From contig CAZUFD010000001.1 of assembly GCA_964619625.1 (NCBI GenBank), forward strand, positions 59,316 through 123,315: a DNA stretch of 64,000 nt, in the 5' to 3' direction. Origin of the DNA: an uncultured Gammaproteobacteria bacterium (GTDB lineage Bacteria > Patescibacteriota > Patescibacteriia > Magasanikbacterales > GWA2-37-8). Shown piece by piece: positions 11,641 through 23,100 of this stretch. The notes beneath the pieces were generated by a model. It did no database searches, had not been told where the DNA came from, and was given only the letters and a program-made list of their open reading frames with translations. How positions within the stretch are numbered: the stretch's first letter is position 1; every line of letters starts with the position of its first letter. A program made the translations under genes and the position numbers.

Positions 11641-11674
11641 AAACAAAAGCGCTCCGAAAGGGGCGTTTTTGTTT
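11641..11674 (+). terminator. Rho-independent terminator of groESL
   Basis: AAAAGCGCTCC-GAAA-GGGGCGTTTTT. Confidence 0.85.
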
Positions 11675-11722
11675 GTAAAAAATTTACATTAAGAGTAAAA
11701 TTAATTTAATCCATTTTGTTCT

Positions 11723-12223
11723 ATGAATTCAGCTATTCAATCTATAATTTCCGCATTTTCTGGTTTTCCTCCCGAACTGGCCACGTTTTTGGTAGCTATG
11801 ACGCCGATTTTGGAGCAAAGAGTAGCGCTACCCATGGCTATTATCGGTTTTGGCATGCCAGCCTGGAAGGCTCTTATAATTACACTTGCCGGAAATTTAT
11901 TGCCTATCACCGCATTATTGTATTTTGCCGATAATTTCCACCGTTGGGTGCAAAAAAATTCCGGTACTTTTTGGGGCAAAGCCTGGCTCAAGAAGCTTAA
12001 AGTAGCGCAGGAAAAATTTGCTAAGTATGAAAAGTACGGTCTACTTGGTCTGGCGATTTTTATCGCCTTACCAATTCCGGGCAGCGGAATTTTTACCGGT
12101 ACGATGTTGGCATTTTTGATGGGCGTGCCGTTTAAACACTCGCTGCCATATATTTGGGCGGCTGTTATTGGTTCATCTTTTGTAACTATGTTTATATCAA
12201 TTGGTGCTGATAAGATATTTTAG
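11723..12223 (+). CDS. Putative small multidrug export family membrane protein
   Basis: MTPILEQRVALP, GNLLP and FIALPIPGSGIFTG motifs. Confidence 0.8.
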   Translation: MNSAIQSIISAFSGFPPELATFLVAMTPILEQRVALPMAIIGFGMPAWKALIITLAGNLLPITALLYFADNFHRWVQKNSGTFWGKAWLKKLKVAQEKFAKYEKYGLLGLAIFIALPIPGSGIFTGTMLAFLMGVPFKHSLPYIWAAVIGSSFVTMFISIGADKIF

Positions 12224-12230
12224 GATTATT

Positions 12231-12653
12231 ATGGCAGAAGAGTCTGGTTCGAAAAAATCTATTTATGTTGATCCAAAACATATAGAACATGCTTTTGACT
12301 TTCCATTTTGGCGGGACAATAAAAAGCTATGGGCATTAGAAGTCCCTACTGAAGAGATGGATATTAATGAATTGTTGTGGATTTTAGAAGTTCCTTTTTG
12401 GGAAGATGAAAATGGAAATATTGTGATTTCGCCATTTGAAGTTATTAATAATCCAGATCAATATCCATTGCACAGAGATAAAATAAAAAATGCTGATATA
12501 ACACATCCCATTGATATAGCAAGGAATAAGAAAGGTGAGTGGTTGACCTTGGATGGACTGCATCGTCTAGTGAAATTGGTATTAGCAAAAGAAAAAATTA
12601 TTAAGATAAGAAAAATACCACCTGAACTCATTCCCTCAATAGCACAAGATTAG
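12231..12653 (+). CDS. ParB/Srx-fold-like hypothetical protein
   Basis: ADITHPI ... LDGLHRL motif. Confidence 0.6.
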   Translation: MAEESGSKKSIYVDPKHIEHAFDFPFWRDNKKLWALEVPTEEMDINELLWILEVPFWEDENGNIVISPFEVINNPDQYPLHRDKIKNADITHPIDIARNKKGEWLTLDGLHRLVKLVLAKEKIIKIRKIPPELIPSIAQD

Positions 12654-12654
12654 T

Positions 12655-13731
12655 ATGTCCGTAGAAGATTTAAAAGAATTACAATCAAAAATAAAAGATA
12701 CAAAAAAACTTCTCAGTATTGAAGAGTTACAAAAGAAAATGGCGCAACTGGCAGATGAAATGAACGCGCCTGATTTTTGGAATAACCAAGAAAACGCCCA
12801 AGCGGTCAGCCAGGATTATCAAGATATAAAAAAAGAAATAGAAAAATTTGAAGACTTGGAAAAAAGAGCGAGCGACCTGTTGGAATTATCCGAATCCGGA
12901 GATGAATCATTGGCTGCGGAAATAGAAAGTCAAACCAAAAAATTACAAAAAGAATTCGCTGATTATGAATTTTTGGTACTGCTTAATGGGCCTTATGATA
13001 AAAATAACGCCATTATAACTATTCACGCCGGCGCCGGTGGTACCGAAGCTCAAGATTGGGCCGAAATGCTGCTAAGAATGATTATGCGTTTTTGCGATAA
13101 GATGCATTGGCAAACAAAAATTCTAGACGAATCGCGCGGAGCTGAAGCTGGTTATAAATCAGTAATGCTAGAAATAAAAGGAAGATACGCGTATGGATAT
13201 TTAAAATCCGAACACGGCGTGCACCGCCTGGTACGCATCTCTCCGTTTGATGCGGAAAAAATGCGCCACACTTCTTTTGCTTTAATAGAAGTTTTGCCCG
13301 AATTGGATGAAAAAATAAATATTGAAATTGATGCTAAAGATTTACGAATTGATACGTTTATGTCCGGCGGAAAAGGCGGGCAGAGCGTGAACACCACATA
13401 TTCGGCGGTGCGAATCGTGCATATTCCTACAAACATTTCTGTATCATGTCAGAACGAACGATCGCAGCAGCAAAACAAGGATATGGCCATGAAAATTTTG
13501 AAAGCAAAGTTGCATGCCTTGGAAGAAGAAAAGAAAGCCAAAGAACGCCAGGAAATGCGCGGCGAATTTAAATCCGCGGAGTGGGGCAATCAAATTCGTT
13601 CCTATGTGTTGCATCCATATCATTTAGTAAAAGATAACCGCAGCGAATATGAATCAGCAGACCCAGAATCAGTTTTGGAAGGAGATCTATTGCCGCTTAG
13701 CGAAGCGTATTTGAAATGGATAAAACAATAG
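12655..13731 (+). CDS. prfB: Peptide chain release factor 2 (no frameshift)
   Basis: SPF tripeptide, GGQ, WGNQIRSYV; single open frame. Confidence 0.97.
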   Translation: MSVEDLKELQSKIKDTKKLLSIEELQKKMAQLADEMNAPDFWNNQENAQAVSQDYQDIKKEIEKFEDLEKRASDLLELSESGDESLAAEIESQTKKLQKEFADYEFLVLLNGPYDKNNAIITIHAGAGGTEAQDWAEMLLRMIMRFCDKMHWQTKILDESRGAEAGYKSVMLEIKGRYAYGYLKSEHGVHRLVRISPFDAEKMRHTSFALIEVLPELDEKINIEIDAKDLRIDTFMSGGKGGQSVNTTYSAVRIVHIPTNISVSCQNERSQQQNKDMAMKILKAKLHALEEEKKAKERQEMRGEFKSAEWGNQIRSYVLHPYHLVKDNRSEYESADPESVLEGDLLPLSEAYLKWIKQ

Positions 13732-13813
13732 TATATGGGCTAAAGCCGCATATATTCTCATTCGCTCGGAAATAAATTAATACATTAATTTATTTCTCTC
13801 ACTCATTTCGATT
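13732..13813 (-). repeat. Dispersed double-hairpin element, copy 3 (fills the prfB-tsaC gap)
   Basis: Reverse complement of the consensus; AT hairpin at 13769-13796. Confidence 0.8.
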
Positions 13814-14416
13814 ATGGAAGTTTTAAAAGAGTGCAACCTGTCGGAAATAATCGTGGCTTTATTAGCAGGCAAGGTTTTGGTATTTCCTACGGAAACTTCT
13901 TATGGTTTGGGTTGTGACGCCACCAACCAAGAAGCCGTAAATAAAATTTTTAAGATAAAAGGCAGAAGCGATGATAAACCGCTTCTTATAGTAATGCCAA
14001 ATGTAGAAGTGGCAAAAAAATATGTGGTATGGAATAATACCATAGAGAAATTAGCAAGCGCGTATTGGCCAGGGGCCCTTACCATTGTTGGTCAAGCGTT
14101 GCCAAATTCCGGTTTGGCGAGCGGAGTAATCTCAAAAAATAATACCGTGGCCGTGCGTGTCAGCAAACATGATTTAGTAAAGTTTTTAAGCGAAAGTTTG
14201 GGTAAACCGCTTGTGGCAACTTCGGCCAATATCTCTGGTGCCGGAGATGTGTATAGCGGCAGCGCTGCCAAAATTATGTTTGCCGATAAAAAAAATCAGC
14301 CGGATATTATTTTAGATTTCGGAGAGTTGGAGCCCCGCCCTCCCACAACCCTGGTTGATGCAAGTAGTGATATAATGAGTATTATAAGACAAGGCCAAGT
14401 AGAAATAAACATCTAA
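13814..14416 (+). CDS. tsaC: L-threonylcarbamoyladenylate synthase (Sua5/YrdC/TsaC)
   Basis: PTETSYGL, KIKGR..KPL, WPGALT and TSANISG motifs. Confidence 0.95.
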   Translation: MEVLKECNLSEIIVALLAGKVLVFPTETSYGLGCDATNQEAVNKIFKIKGRSDDKPLLIVMPNVEVAKKYVVWNNTIEKLASAYWPGALTIVGQALPNSGLASGVISKNNTVAVRVSKHDLVKFLSESLGKPLVATSANISGAGDVYSGSAAKIMFADKKNQPDIILDFGELEPRPPTTLVDASSDIMSIIRQGQVEINI

Positions 14417-14418
14417 AC

Positions 14419-15567
14419 ATGTTTTCCATAAAAATTAAAGGCTGGGTAGCGTGGATGATAATCGGCATGGGTGCTGTAATTTTTTCTATTATATTTTTGG
14501 TTCAATATATTGTAGCCGTAGCCGAAACAGAATCCATGAGTGTTATGTCGCTGTTTCAGGCGGATCTTATTTCCGGCTATCAGCCCCGTAGCCGCAAAGA
14601 GCCTATAAAAGTAAAAGGTTTATACCTTACGGCATATTCGGCCGGCAGTGATAAAAAAATAAATTCCATAATTGATTTGGTAAATAAAACTGAACTAAAC
14701 GCGGTAGTCATAGATTTAAAAGATTATAGCGGTAAGGTGCTTTACGATTCACGAATCGCGCTAGTTGATGATTTGAAATTGCAAGATATTAGAATTAAAA
14801 ACGTTCCAGAGCTTCTGGAAAAATTGGATGATAATCATGTTTATAAAATCGCCCGTATTAGTGTTTTTCAAGATCCGATTTTGGCTGAACGTAAACCAGA
14901 GTGGGCTATAAAATCAAAAAAGGGCGGTTTGTGGCGGGATAAAAATAATTTGGCTTGGGTGGACCCGACTAATAAAGAAGTTTGGGCGTATGTGGCATCG
15001 GTCGCCAAAGAAGCTGGTCGGCTTGGTTTTGATGAAATAAATTTTGATTATATCCGGTTTCCCACCGATGGTCCGATGGGCGATATTGTTTATACTAACG
15101 GCAACAGCAAGCGCTACGAAGTCGTGGAAAAATTTTTTAAATACCTGTCTCATGAAATGCAAGACGAGCCAGTTTATATCTCGGCCGATTTATTTGGTCT
15201 GACTACGGAAAAGAAAGGGGAAGATGATATGCGAATCGGCCAGCGTTTGGACGATGCAGTTTTGTATTTTGATTATGTTATGCCCATGGTTTATCCGTCG
15301 CACTACCCGACCGGTTATCGCGGCTACAAAAACCCTGCCAATTACCCGTATGAAGTGGTTTATCAGTCTATGAAAGCCGGAGTAAAAAAATCCGAAGGAA
15401 AAAAAGCCAAGCTTCGCGCTTGGATTCAAGCGTTTAATTTGGGGGCGGTTTACGATGGTACAAAAATTCGCGCGGAGATAAAAGCGACCGATGACGCGGG
15501 TGCCGATGGCTGGGTGCTTTGGAACGCAGCTAACCGATATACGGATGCGGGTTTGGAAAAGGAGTGA
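14419..15567 (+). CDS. Putative glycoside hydrolase (DUF4015-like)
   Basis: NAVVIDLKD, GFDEINFDYIRFP and PMVYPSHY motifs; N-terminal TM helix. Confidence 0.8.
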   Translation: MFSIKIKGWVAWMIIGMGAVIFSIIFLVQYIVAVAETESMSVMSLFQADLISGYQPRSRKEPIKVKGLYLTAYSAGSDKKINSIIDLVNKTELNAVVIDLKDYSGKVLYDSRIALVDDLKLQDIRIKNVPELLEKLDDNHVYKIARISVFQDPILAERKPEWAIKSKKGGLWRDKNNLAWVDPTNKEVWAYVASVAKEAGRLGFDEINFDYIRFPTDGPMGDIVYTNGNSKRYEVVEKFFKYLSHEMQDEPVYISADLFGLTTEKKGEDDMRIGQRLDDAVLYFDYVMPMVYPSHYPTGYRGYKNPANYPYEVVYQSMKAGVKKSEGKKAKLRAWIQAFNLGAVYDGTKIRAEIKATDDAGADGWVLWNAANRYTDAGLEKE

Positions 15568-15578
15568 TCGGAATTATT

Positions 15579-16409
15579 ATGAACCTAAAATTATTTAACG
15601 AAGATTATTTAAAACACCTCTGTAAACAATACGGCCTTATCCCCTCCAAAAAATACGGGCAGAATTTTTTGATAAATCCAGAACCGATAGAAGCCATGAT
15701 AGCGGCGGCGGAGATTAAAAAAGATGATACGGTGGTAGAAGTGGGTCCGGGCTTCGGCGTGCTTACGCTTGCTTTGGCCGAACAAGCAAAAAAGGTGTTG
15801 TCTTTTGAAATTGAAAAAAAACTGGAATCTTATTGGCAAGAACAAATGGAGCATAATAAAAATATAGAAATAATTTGGGGCAATATATTACACGAATTTA
15901 AAGGTGGTGGATTAAAAGCGGGGGAGTACAAAGTAGTAGCCAATTTGCCATATCAAATCACTTCGCATGTAATTAGGAAATTTTTAGAAATGGAAAATAG
16001 TCCGGAGATGTTAGTTTTGATGGTGCAAAAAGAAGTGGCCGAAAGAATTTGTGCGCAAGCAGGGGAGATGTCCGTCTTGGCAGTGTCTGTTCAGTATTAT
16101 GGTAAGCCAGAGATTGTCACTTTTGTACCACGTTCATCTTTTTGGCCAATGCCGGCGGTAGATTCGGCGGTGATTAAAATAAGAATTACGAATCATGAAC
16201 TAAGAAGCAAGAATAATAGCGAACATTTTTTCAAAATAATTAAAGCCGGGTTTTCCAGCCGCCGCAAAATGCTTATAAAAAATTTGAGCGCGGTGGCTGA
16301 TAAAAATATGTTGCGCGGTATCTTTAAAGAATTAAATATAGACGAAAAGGTGAGGGCGCAAGAATTAAGCGTGGAGCAGTGGAAAGAGATTGTAAGAAGT
16401 ATAGAGTAG
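15579..16409 (+). CDS. rsmA: 16S rRNA dimethyltransferase RsmA/KsgA
   Basis: GQNFL, EVGPGFG, VANLPYQI and QKEVAERI motifs. Confidence 0.97.
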   Translation: MNLKLFNEDYLKHLCKQYGLIPSKKYGQNFLINPEPIEAMIAAAEIKKDDTVVEVGPGFGVLTLALAEQAKKVLSFEIEKKLESYWQEQMEHNKNIEIIWGNILHEFKGGGLKAGEYKVVANLPYQITSHVIRKFLEMENSPEMLVLMVQKEVAERICAQAGEMSVLAVSVQYYGKPEIVTFVPRSSFWPMPAVDSAVIKIRITNHELRSKNNSEHFFKIIKAGFSSRRKMLIKNLSAVADKNMLRGIFKELNIDEKVRAQELSVEQWKEIVRSIE

Positions 16410-16460
16410 TGAATAAGGTTATCCCCATTAAACTCTTTCGCATACTGTGATATACTATAT

Positions 16461-16536
16461 TCGAAGTGAGCGAATATAGTAATAAAGCTTGCTTTGTTAC
16501 TTTTGAGCGAACGAGAATATATGTGGCAAAGCCCAT
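16461..16536 (+). repeat. Dispersed double-hairpin element, copy 4
   Basis: TCGAAGTGAGCGAA-[hairpin]-GAGCGAACGAGAATATATGTGGCAAAGCCCAT; right half identical to copy 1. Confidence 0.85.
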
Positions 16537-16559
16537 GCAGTTAATTAACAGATGTTCGT

Positions 16560-17150
16560 ATGCCAGAGGAGCAAGATGAGAGACGGCTCTCTAAGGAACA
16601 AAAAATGGGCATAATCTTGCTCTCTATTTTTGCTGTATTCGCCATTGGCTTAGGTTTCTTGCAGATCCGCAATACCATGTATGCGCCGTTTGCGCTCAAT
16701 AATAAAGTTCCGTATGTAGTCAAAGATGATATAGAAACAAACGAAGCGTTAATGTATCGCGACACAGATAAAGACGGCCTTAATGATTTTGATGAATTGT
16801 ACGTATATATCACCAGTCCGTATTTAGCTGATACTGACTCCGATGGTATAAATGATAAAACCGAAATAGAAAAAGGATCAAACCCAATTTGTCCAGAAGG
16901 CCAAGTTTGTTCCGAAGCAGCGCTAAGCGGTGATACGCTCCCCAACACCACACCAATCGCGTCGGCTAGTTCAACATTGGGGCCGCCGCCTTCGGCCGAA
17001 GAGCTAGAAAAAATATTAAGCAGTCCGGCCGAGACTCGCAAGATGCTGCTGGCCGCGGGCTTTGATAAAAAGATTTTAGATCAAACATCCGACGAGGAAT
17101 TAATGAAGATGGTCAAAGAAATTTTAAGTTCTACGAGTACTCGATTTTAG
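16560..17150 (+). CDS. Membrane-anchored protein with thrombospondin type-3-like Ca-binding repeats
   Basis: DTDKDGLNDFDE and DTDSDGINDKTE repeats after a TM helix. Confidence 0.8.
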   Translation: MPEEQDERRLSKEQKMGIILLSIFAVFAIGLGFLQIRNTMYAPFALNNKVPYVVKDDIETNEALMYRDTDKDGLNDFDELYVYITSPYLADTDSDGINDKTEIEKGSNPICPEGQVCSEAALSGDTLPNTTPIASASSTLGPPPSAEELEKILSSPAETRKMLLAAGFDKKILDQTSDEELMKMVKEILSSTSTRF

Positions 17151-17176
17151 TATGCTAGTTGCCAGTTTGGCGTAAT

Positions 17177-20100
17177 ATGACAAAGTTTCAAAAATTCGGG
17201 ATAAAATTTTTGTTAGCAGTATTTACCTTTATCACTATCGGCGGATCTTTGTTTTATGTTCAGCCCGCCAAAGCTTTTCCTGTAGAAATTACCTGGGATC
17301 CGGGCTATGTTTGGAGTGTCTATAAAAGTTTTATAAAAGACGCGGCCGTAAGTATCAGCATCCAAACTTTTTCTTATTTTTTACGTCGAGTCGCGTATGA
17401 TTCGGCAGTTTGGCTTGCTTCCGGAGGAAAGGGGCAGGCATCTTTTGCGTATGGAAAAAACTTCGGTGATTATTTAAAAGACGTGGGTGATAGCGCCGCG
17501 GGTGTGGCCATTGAAGCTTTGGGCGAAGACTTTGGTTTTAATTTATGTAAGATTCCTGACCCAAAAATAGATTTGGCTATGCGTATCGGGCTTACGTATA
17601 AATTCATGGATTTAAAGCCGGATTTAAATACTGGTCCGGGAGTGCGTGAGCCAACTTGTACCTGGTCAACATTTCAAAATGACGTCTTAAGCGTGGATAA
17701 TTGGCAAAGCCAGTTTGGGAGCTCCGATAGTATAGCTCGTAAATTTAATGTGGCTTTTTCCGTAGAACAAACAGATATTGGTATCTTGCGCGGCGCTACA
17801 GATAAAATCAATAAATATGTGGCAAAGAAAATTGAAGCCGAGACGCTGCAAAGACAAGAGGGCGAGGGCTATTTGCCAAAAACTACGCTTATTTCCGGAG
17901 ATATTCTAGCTCCGGGCAAGAACATTTCCGAGGAAGCACAGGCGCAGAACCCTAACAAGCAAATCGAAGCGGCCCAAGCCGGATTTTTAACTACCTTGGG
18001 TACGGGTGCGGTCGGCACAATTGCCAGCGCCGGTTCAATATTTTTTAACACCTTAGCTTCACAAATGTTAAAAAATTGGCAGAATAAAGGCATGCTGCCG
18101 TTTGGTATTGGTTGTGTGGCTGGCGTGGGTACCGAATGTAAAGATGTGCAAGATACGCTAAGTAATTTACAGGGACAAGTTTCTCGCGGCGGCAGGCAGG
18201 CCGCACAGGCTTTGTTTAGCGATCTTTTAACGCCGCCAAATATCGCAGTTGATCAGTATAATGTTTTAGTAAATTTTACCAATTGTCCTACCAGCCCCGG
18301 TCCGGATAATTGTGTGGCGGATGCCGGTTTGGCCCAGGCCGCTCAAGAGGCAAATTCTGGCCGCACCGTTACGATCGCTGAAGCTTTAGAAAAAAATTGG
18401 CTCCATGCCGAATGGAGGCTAGTTTCTCCGGATAGGGTAGCCGATAATGTAGACCCAGGCTGTCACCAGCGAGCGTATTGTTATGCCAATATCGCCAAGC
18501 TGCGTAAAGCGCGAATTTTGCCGCTTGGTTTTGAAATCGCAGCCTTAAACAGCAACCCGGATCAGCCATGGACGCTCAAACAGGTTGTGGACGGATTTAA
18601 CGACTGTAATTTTATTAGAGATGTAAATGGTAATGTGGTGGGAGTTGATAACGATCCGGTCAATAAACCGTTCTGTAGATTGATTGATCCAAATTGGGTC
18701 TTGAAAGCGCCGTCGTCAAAGTGTAATTTCATGGCTTATGGAACCAGCCCATATTTTTCCGGTACGCCAAATCGTATTCAGGAGTGTGTAAATATGAGTA
18801 CCTGTGTGGCCTATGATAAGGATGGAAATTGTGCCACGCAAGGATACTGCACCCGAGAAAAAAATGTTTGGAAAATAGACGCGGCTAAATGTGATTCGCA
18901 AAATCGCACCTGCCGTACATTCCAGGATAGTACCGGCAAGACTGTAAGCTATTTGTACAGAACCTTGGATACCGGTTTTTGTAATCAAGATACCGTAGGC
19001 TGCGCCGAGTATAGTTTAAAGCAAAATACTGCCGGCAATTGGGTTGGATACGCGGAAAATGATCTAGGCTCTTTAGGAGAAAATTCTTCCGTTTACTTTA
19101 ATAATAAAGTTTCCACCAACTGTTCATCTAATTCAGACGGATGCTCTTCTTTCCAGGTGGCCAACAGTTCAGAAAAATTATATCTCAAAAAAGCGCCATA
19201 TTATAGCCAGTGTTATGATACGGATTTGTCTACGGCAGCCATAGATTGGCCGCGTACAGCCAGCGATTTAAATAGGCTGCCAAATAAACCGGCTTGCAAT
19301 AATTATTCCCAAGCCTGTATTGCCGACGAAGTAAATTGTAATTGGTACTCACCAACCAGTTATACGGGAGACAATATTCCCGGCAAATACACCCCGGCTA
19401 CTGTTTTGGAAGGCCAAATAGTTTGGAACGATCAGTGTGATGCTAGATGCGTGGGGTATGCCGCATACAGGGAAATGCCAAGTAATTATTCCAACGGTCA
19501 ACCTGTTTCTTACATTATTCCTTCATCTGGCAATTCGTGTAACGCCGTAGATGAGGGCTGTGCCAGCTTTACAAACCTCGGCACAACCGAAGGCGGTTTG
19601 GAAAAAGTTGAGCATTATTCTTATTTGCGACCTTGTATTTTGCCCGACACCACTAAACAAAAGACATTCTTTACATACGAAGGATCGGCTGTGGGCGGTT
19701 TCCAACTGAAGAGTTTTGTTTTAGAAAAAGATACGGATGGCAGTCCTAAATATTTTTATCGCACTGCCGATGATTTGGCTACGTATGCAGCTACTTGCAG
19801 CCAAAGCCTCTATCAACAAGGCTTGGCAAATCCGGATTGCCGTCAATTTAATGATGATCAAGGGGCTGTATATTACAAATTATTGTCAAAGACTATCGCG
19901 GTTGCCAGTAACTGTACGCCATTTAGATTAAATGATACCGAACTACACGATGTTGCGTTAAATGAAGTCAATTGTTTGGCGCAAAGAGGAAAATGGGATG
20001 CAACTGCCGGAAGTTGTCAGGTATGTTTCCAAAATGGTGAATACCGAGACGGTGAGTGTTTCTATTATGGCCTGCCCGGAAGTACGCCTAATACGGCCGG

Positions 20101-23100
20101 TACCAGCAAGCCATGCGCCGCAGCGGTAAATACCTGCCGCGCTTATAAAGGAAACACCGGCAACAATGTCCGTAATATTTTTACCAACAATTTTGAACAA
20201 GCGGTCGCGTCCGATGCTTTAGCTGGCTGGGGACCATCCGCGGATATCGCGCAATCACTTGAATCAACCCGGTCTGGAGAACATTCCTTGTCATATAATG
20301 GCACAGGCGCAGTATACAAGGACATACTATTAACTCCAGGTGAAAGTTATGATCTTACGTTCTGGGCCAAAGGAGCGGTGGGAGAAACAGTTACAGTTAC
20401 TTTAGAAAATAATCAAGTTTCTAATTTGGGTACAATCAGTGTCGGCGATGCTTGGCAAAATTATCACCTCGGTCCAATAGAATTAGCCGGAAATGTTTCC
20501 AGTACCAAATTGCAATTTGCAGTTAACGGCCGGTTATTCTTGGATAATGTTCGCCTCAAAGAAGTTGCCGATTTTATCTATCTTGTCAAAAATTCCCTCA
20601 GTGTTGATCCGGTTTGTGATAGCAATCTAAACGATAATTTACCGGGCGAAGCCTTGGGTTGTTCGCAGTATCAGACCCCAGATAATAGGCCAATTTATTT
20701 AACTGGTTTTACTTCGCTGTGTCGTGAAAAAGCAATCGGTTGTACGGCAGTATATGATACGCGCAATACGCCGGATGAAGTCGGCCCACGAGCGTATAAT
20801 GTTTGGCTATCTGGGCCAGAAGGTCAAAGTACCAGCCGAAATATTATTGGCACGGAATATAGATGCCAGGTTGCGCTTGGTCAAAAAGGTTGTTATGTAC
20901 ATGTAACCGGCGCAAATTTAAGCGCTATAGTTGCCGGCGGAGGCGCGATAGTTACTTCAACTATATACGTGCAGCCAGATTCGCCAACTACCACGCCTCT
21001 ATATTTAGTAGCTAGCCGTGAAGCGACCTGTAGTCCGGTTGATTTAGGTTGTACGAAAGCCGGAAAACTGGTACAGACTCCAACCGGCCCAACGTATACC
21101 GAGGTAATAGTCAAAAAAGATCCGAGCAGTTTTAATACCACGCTTTGTCAGCAGGAAGCGGTTGGTTGTAACGCATACTCTTCAAGCGATGGGGCGCTGT
21201 ACTTTAAAGATCCGCAGTATTTAGGTCAAAAAGTTTGCGCTTACAGAGATAATATAACTAAAAACGGTGTTAGATATAATGGTTGGTTCTGGAAAGGCGT
21301 AGGCAAGTGTGGCGCCGGCGCCGTCAGCGATCCATTCTGTACCAAAGACAGCGATTGCGCGGCCGGAGTTACCTGTAATCAAAAAGATGAACAGCCGTGC
21401 TATCCAAATTATTTGCAATCCGGAAATAGCTACGGCCTGTGGTCGTATGGCGTAAGCAGTTCATATAATAATTTTGTGGGTGAATGTCCTGCTACCCAAA
21501 ACGGTTGTACCGAATTTATAGATCGTAATGAAAATAATAAAACATATTATCTTATTAATGATGACAGGTTAAAGACACAGCAAACTGAATGCAACGGACA
21601 AATCAGTGAAAAATCCGGTTGTATATTGCTTGATAAAACCGATTCGCCAAATAAATTATGGAATACAGCCGCTTCGTATGCGGCCAGCGCCGGCCAAAAT
21701 AATAATTTAGTCGCGCCAGTTGCTGGAACAGGTACGGCCACAAACGATGCCAATGTTATTTTGAAAGTCAGCCGAGATAGAGAATGTGGAGAGTGGCTCC
21801 AATGCCGATCTTCGCATCGTGTCTTTGACACGCAATCGGGCAGCTACAAAGAAGTTTGTGACGCCATCGGCCGCTGTAATAAATCTTTGGATTCATACAG
21901 CAACACCGACTTTATCAATTGCTCCAATTGGCTTGATAACAACCACGAACTCAGCAATCAGATTTTAACTGATGACGCGTACCGCAATCGCAATACCACT
22001 TGGAAAGGCCAGGACTTTAGCGGTTACAGTATTTTAAATACTTTCCCTGTGGAAGAATTGTCCGAAGTAAATGTGGGCAACGCTACCGTGGCCGATTGGC
22101 GTTTGGCCAAAACACTCGCTTGTGGCGGAGGTCCTAATTGCAGATCTGCCGCCGACCTTAATAGTCCATCTTGTAGATCAACCAGTGTTGGGTTGCCGTG
22201 TGGTCGCAATAATGCTGGTGTTTGTTTGGGTTCGGTAAATCCAGTTTGTGTCCAGGATTTAGACAGTCCGGCTGTTGGTGTTCCTCGTCAATCCATAGCG
22301 CCAAGCTGTCGCGCTTATCCGGAAGAAACTTCGCCGTTCCCCAATAGCCAAGCTATCAACGAGTCGCTTGCGTTTAATTCTGTAAATACATGTAATGAAA
22401 ATCCGGGCTTTAGCAATGATCCTGCTAAATACAACAGTTGTGAATGTAATTACACCAAAGTTACATATGGAGACGCAATCACAAAATATTGGAATTTCAG
22501 CAATCCGAACAATGAGGGTATCTTGGATGCCAATAATCAAAATTTACAAGGCGTGGTAAGTGGAATCTGTGTTGGCGGCGACAGCGCCGATCGGGCTTGT
22601 GATTCAGATAGTGATTGCGCTGGCGGAAGCTGTCAAAAATTAAAGAAACAATCTCGTCTTATCGGTTGGCAAGGATATTGTGTGGAACCTGATTTGTCCA
22701 GACCGCTTAATGCCGAACAAAATAGTTTTGCCTGCTTAACCTGGTTCCCTAAAGACAATATCACCGGCGCGTTTGATATAAATAATCAGCATGTGGAGGC
22801 CGGTTTCCAGGCGACCGAAACAAACGGTAAATATTACTGCTTGGAAGCAAAAGGTTATCAGGAAACTAATAGTAATACGGCGGTAAATGGAACGGGTGCG
22901 CTTACATATAACAAGCTTTTGGGGGGCGTGTTAGTCGATCATAATGGAAGTAATAATACTACTAATAGAGAAAAAAGAGTTATAGCAGTAAGTAGTGGCC
23001 GTCCGATTTATCGCGATGAGATTGATTATATTTTAATATCTCCTGGAACCGGTGGCGGAAGCTGGTTTCCAAATACCAGCGAACCTTTCCTGTCTTTCTA

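Noticed and set aside
12655-12780. Programmed +1 frameshift in prfB
   Set aside because: No CTT-TGA site; the frame is continuous
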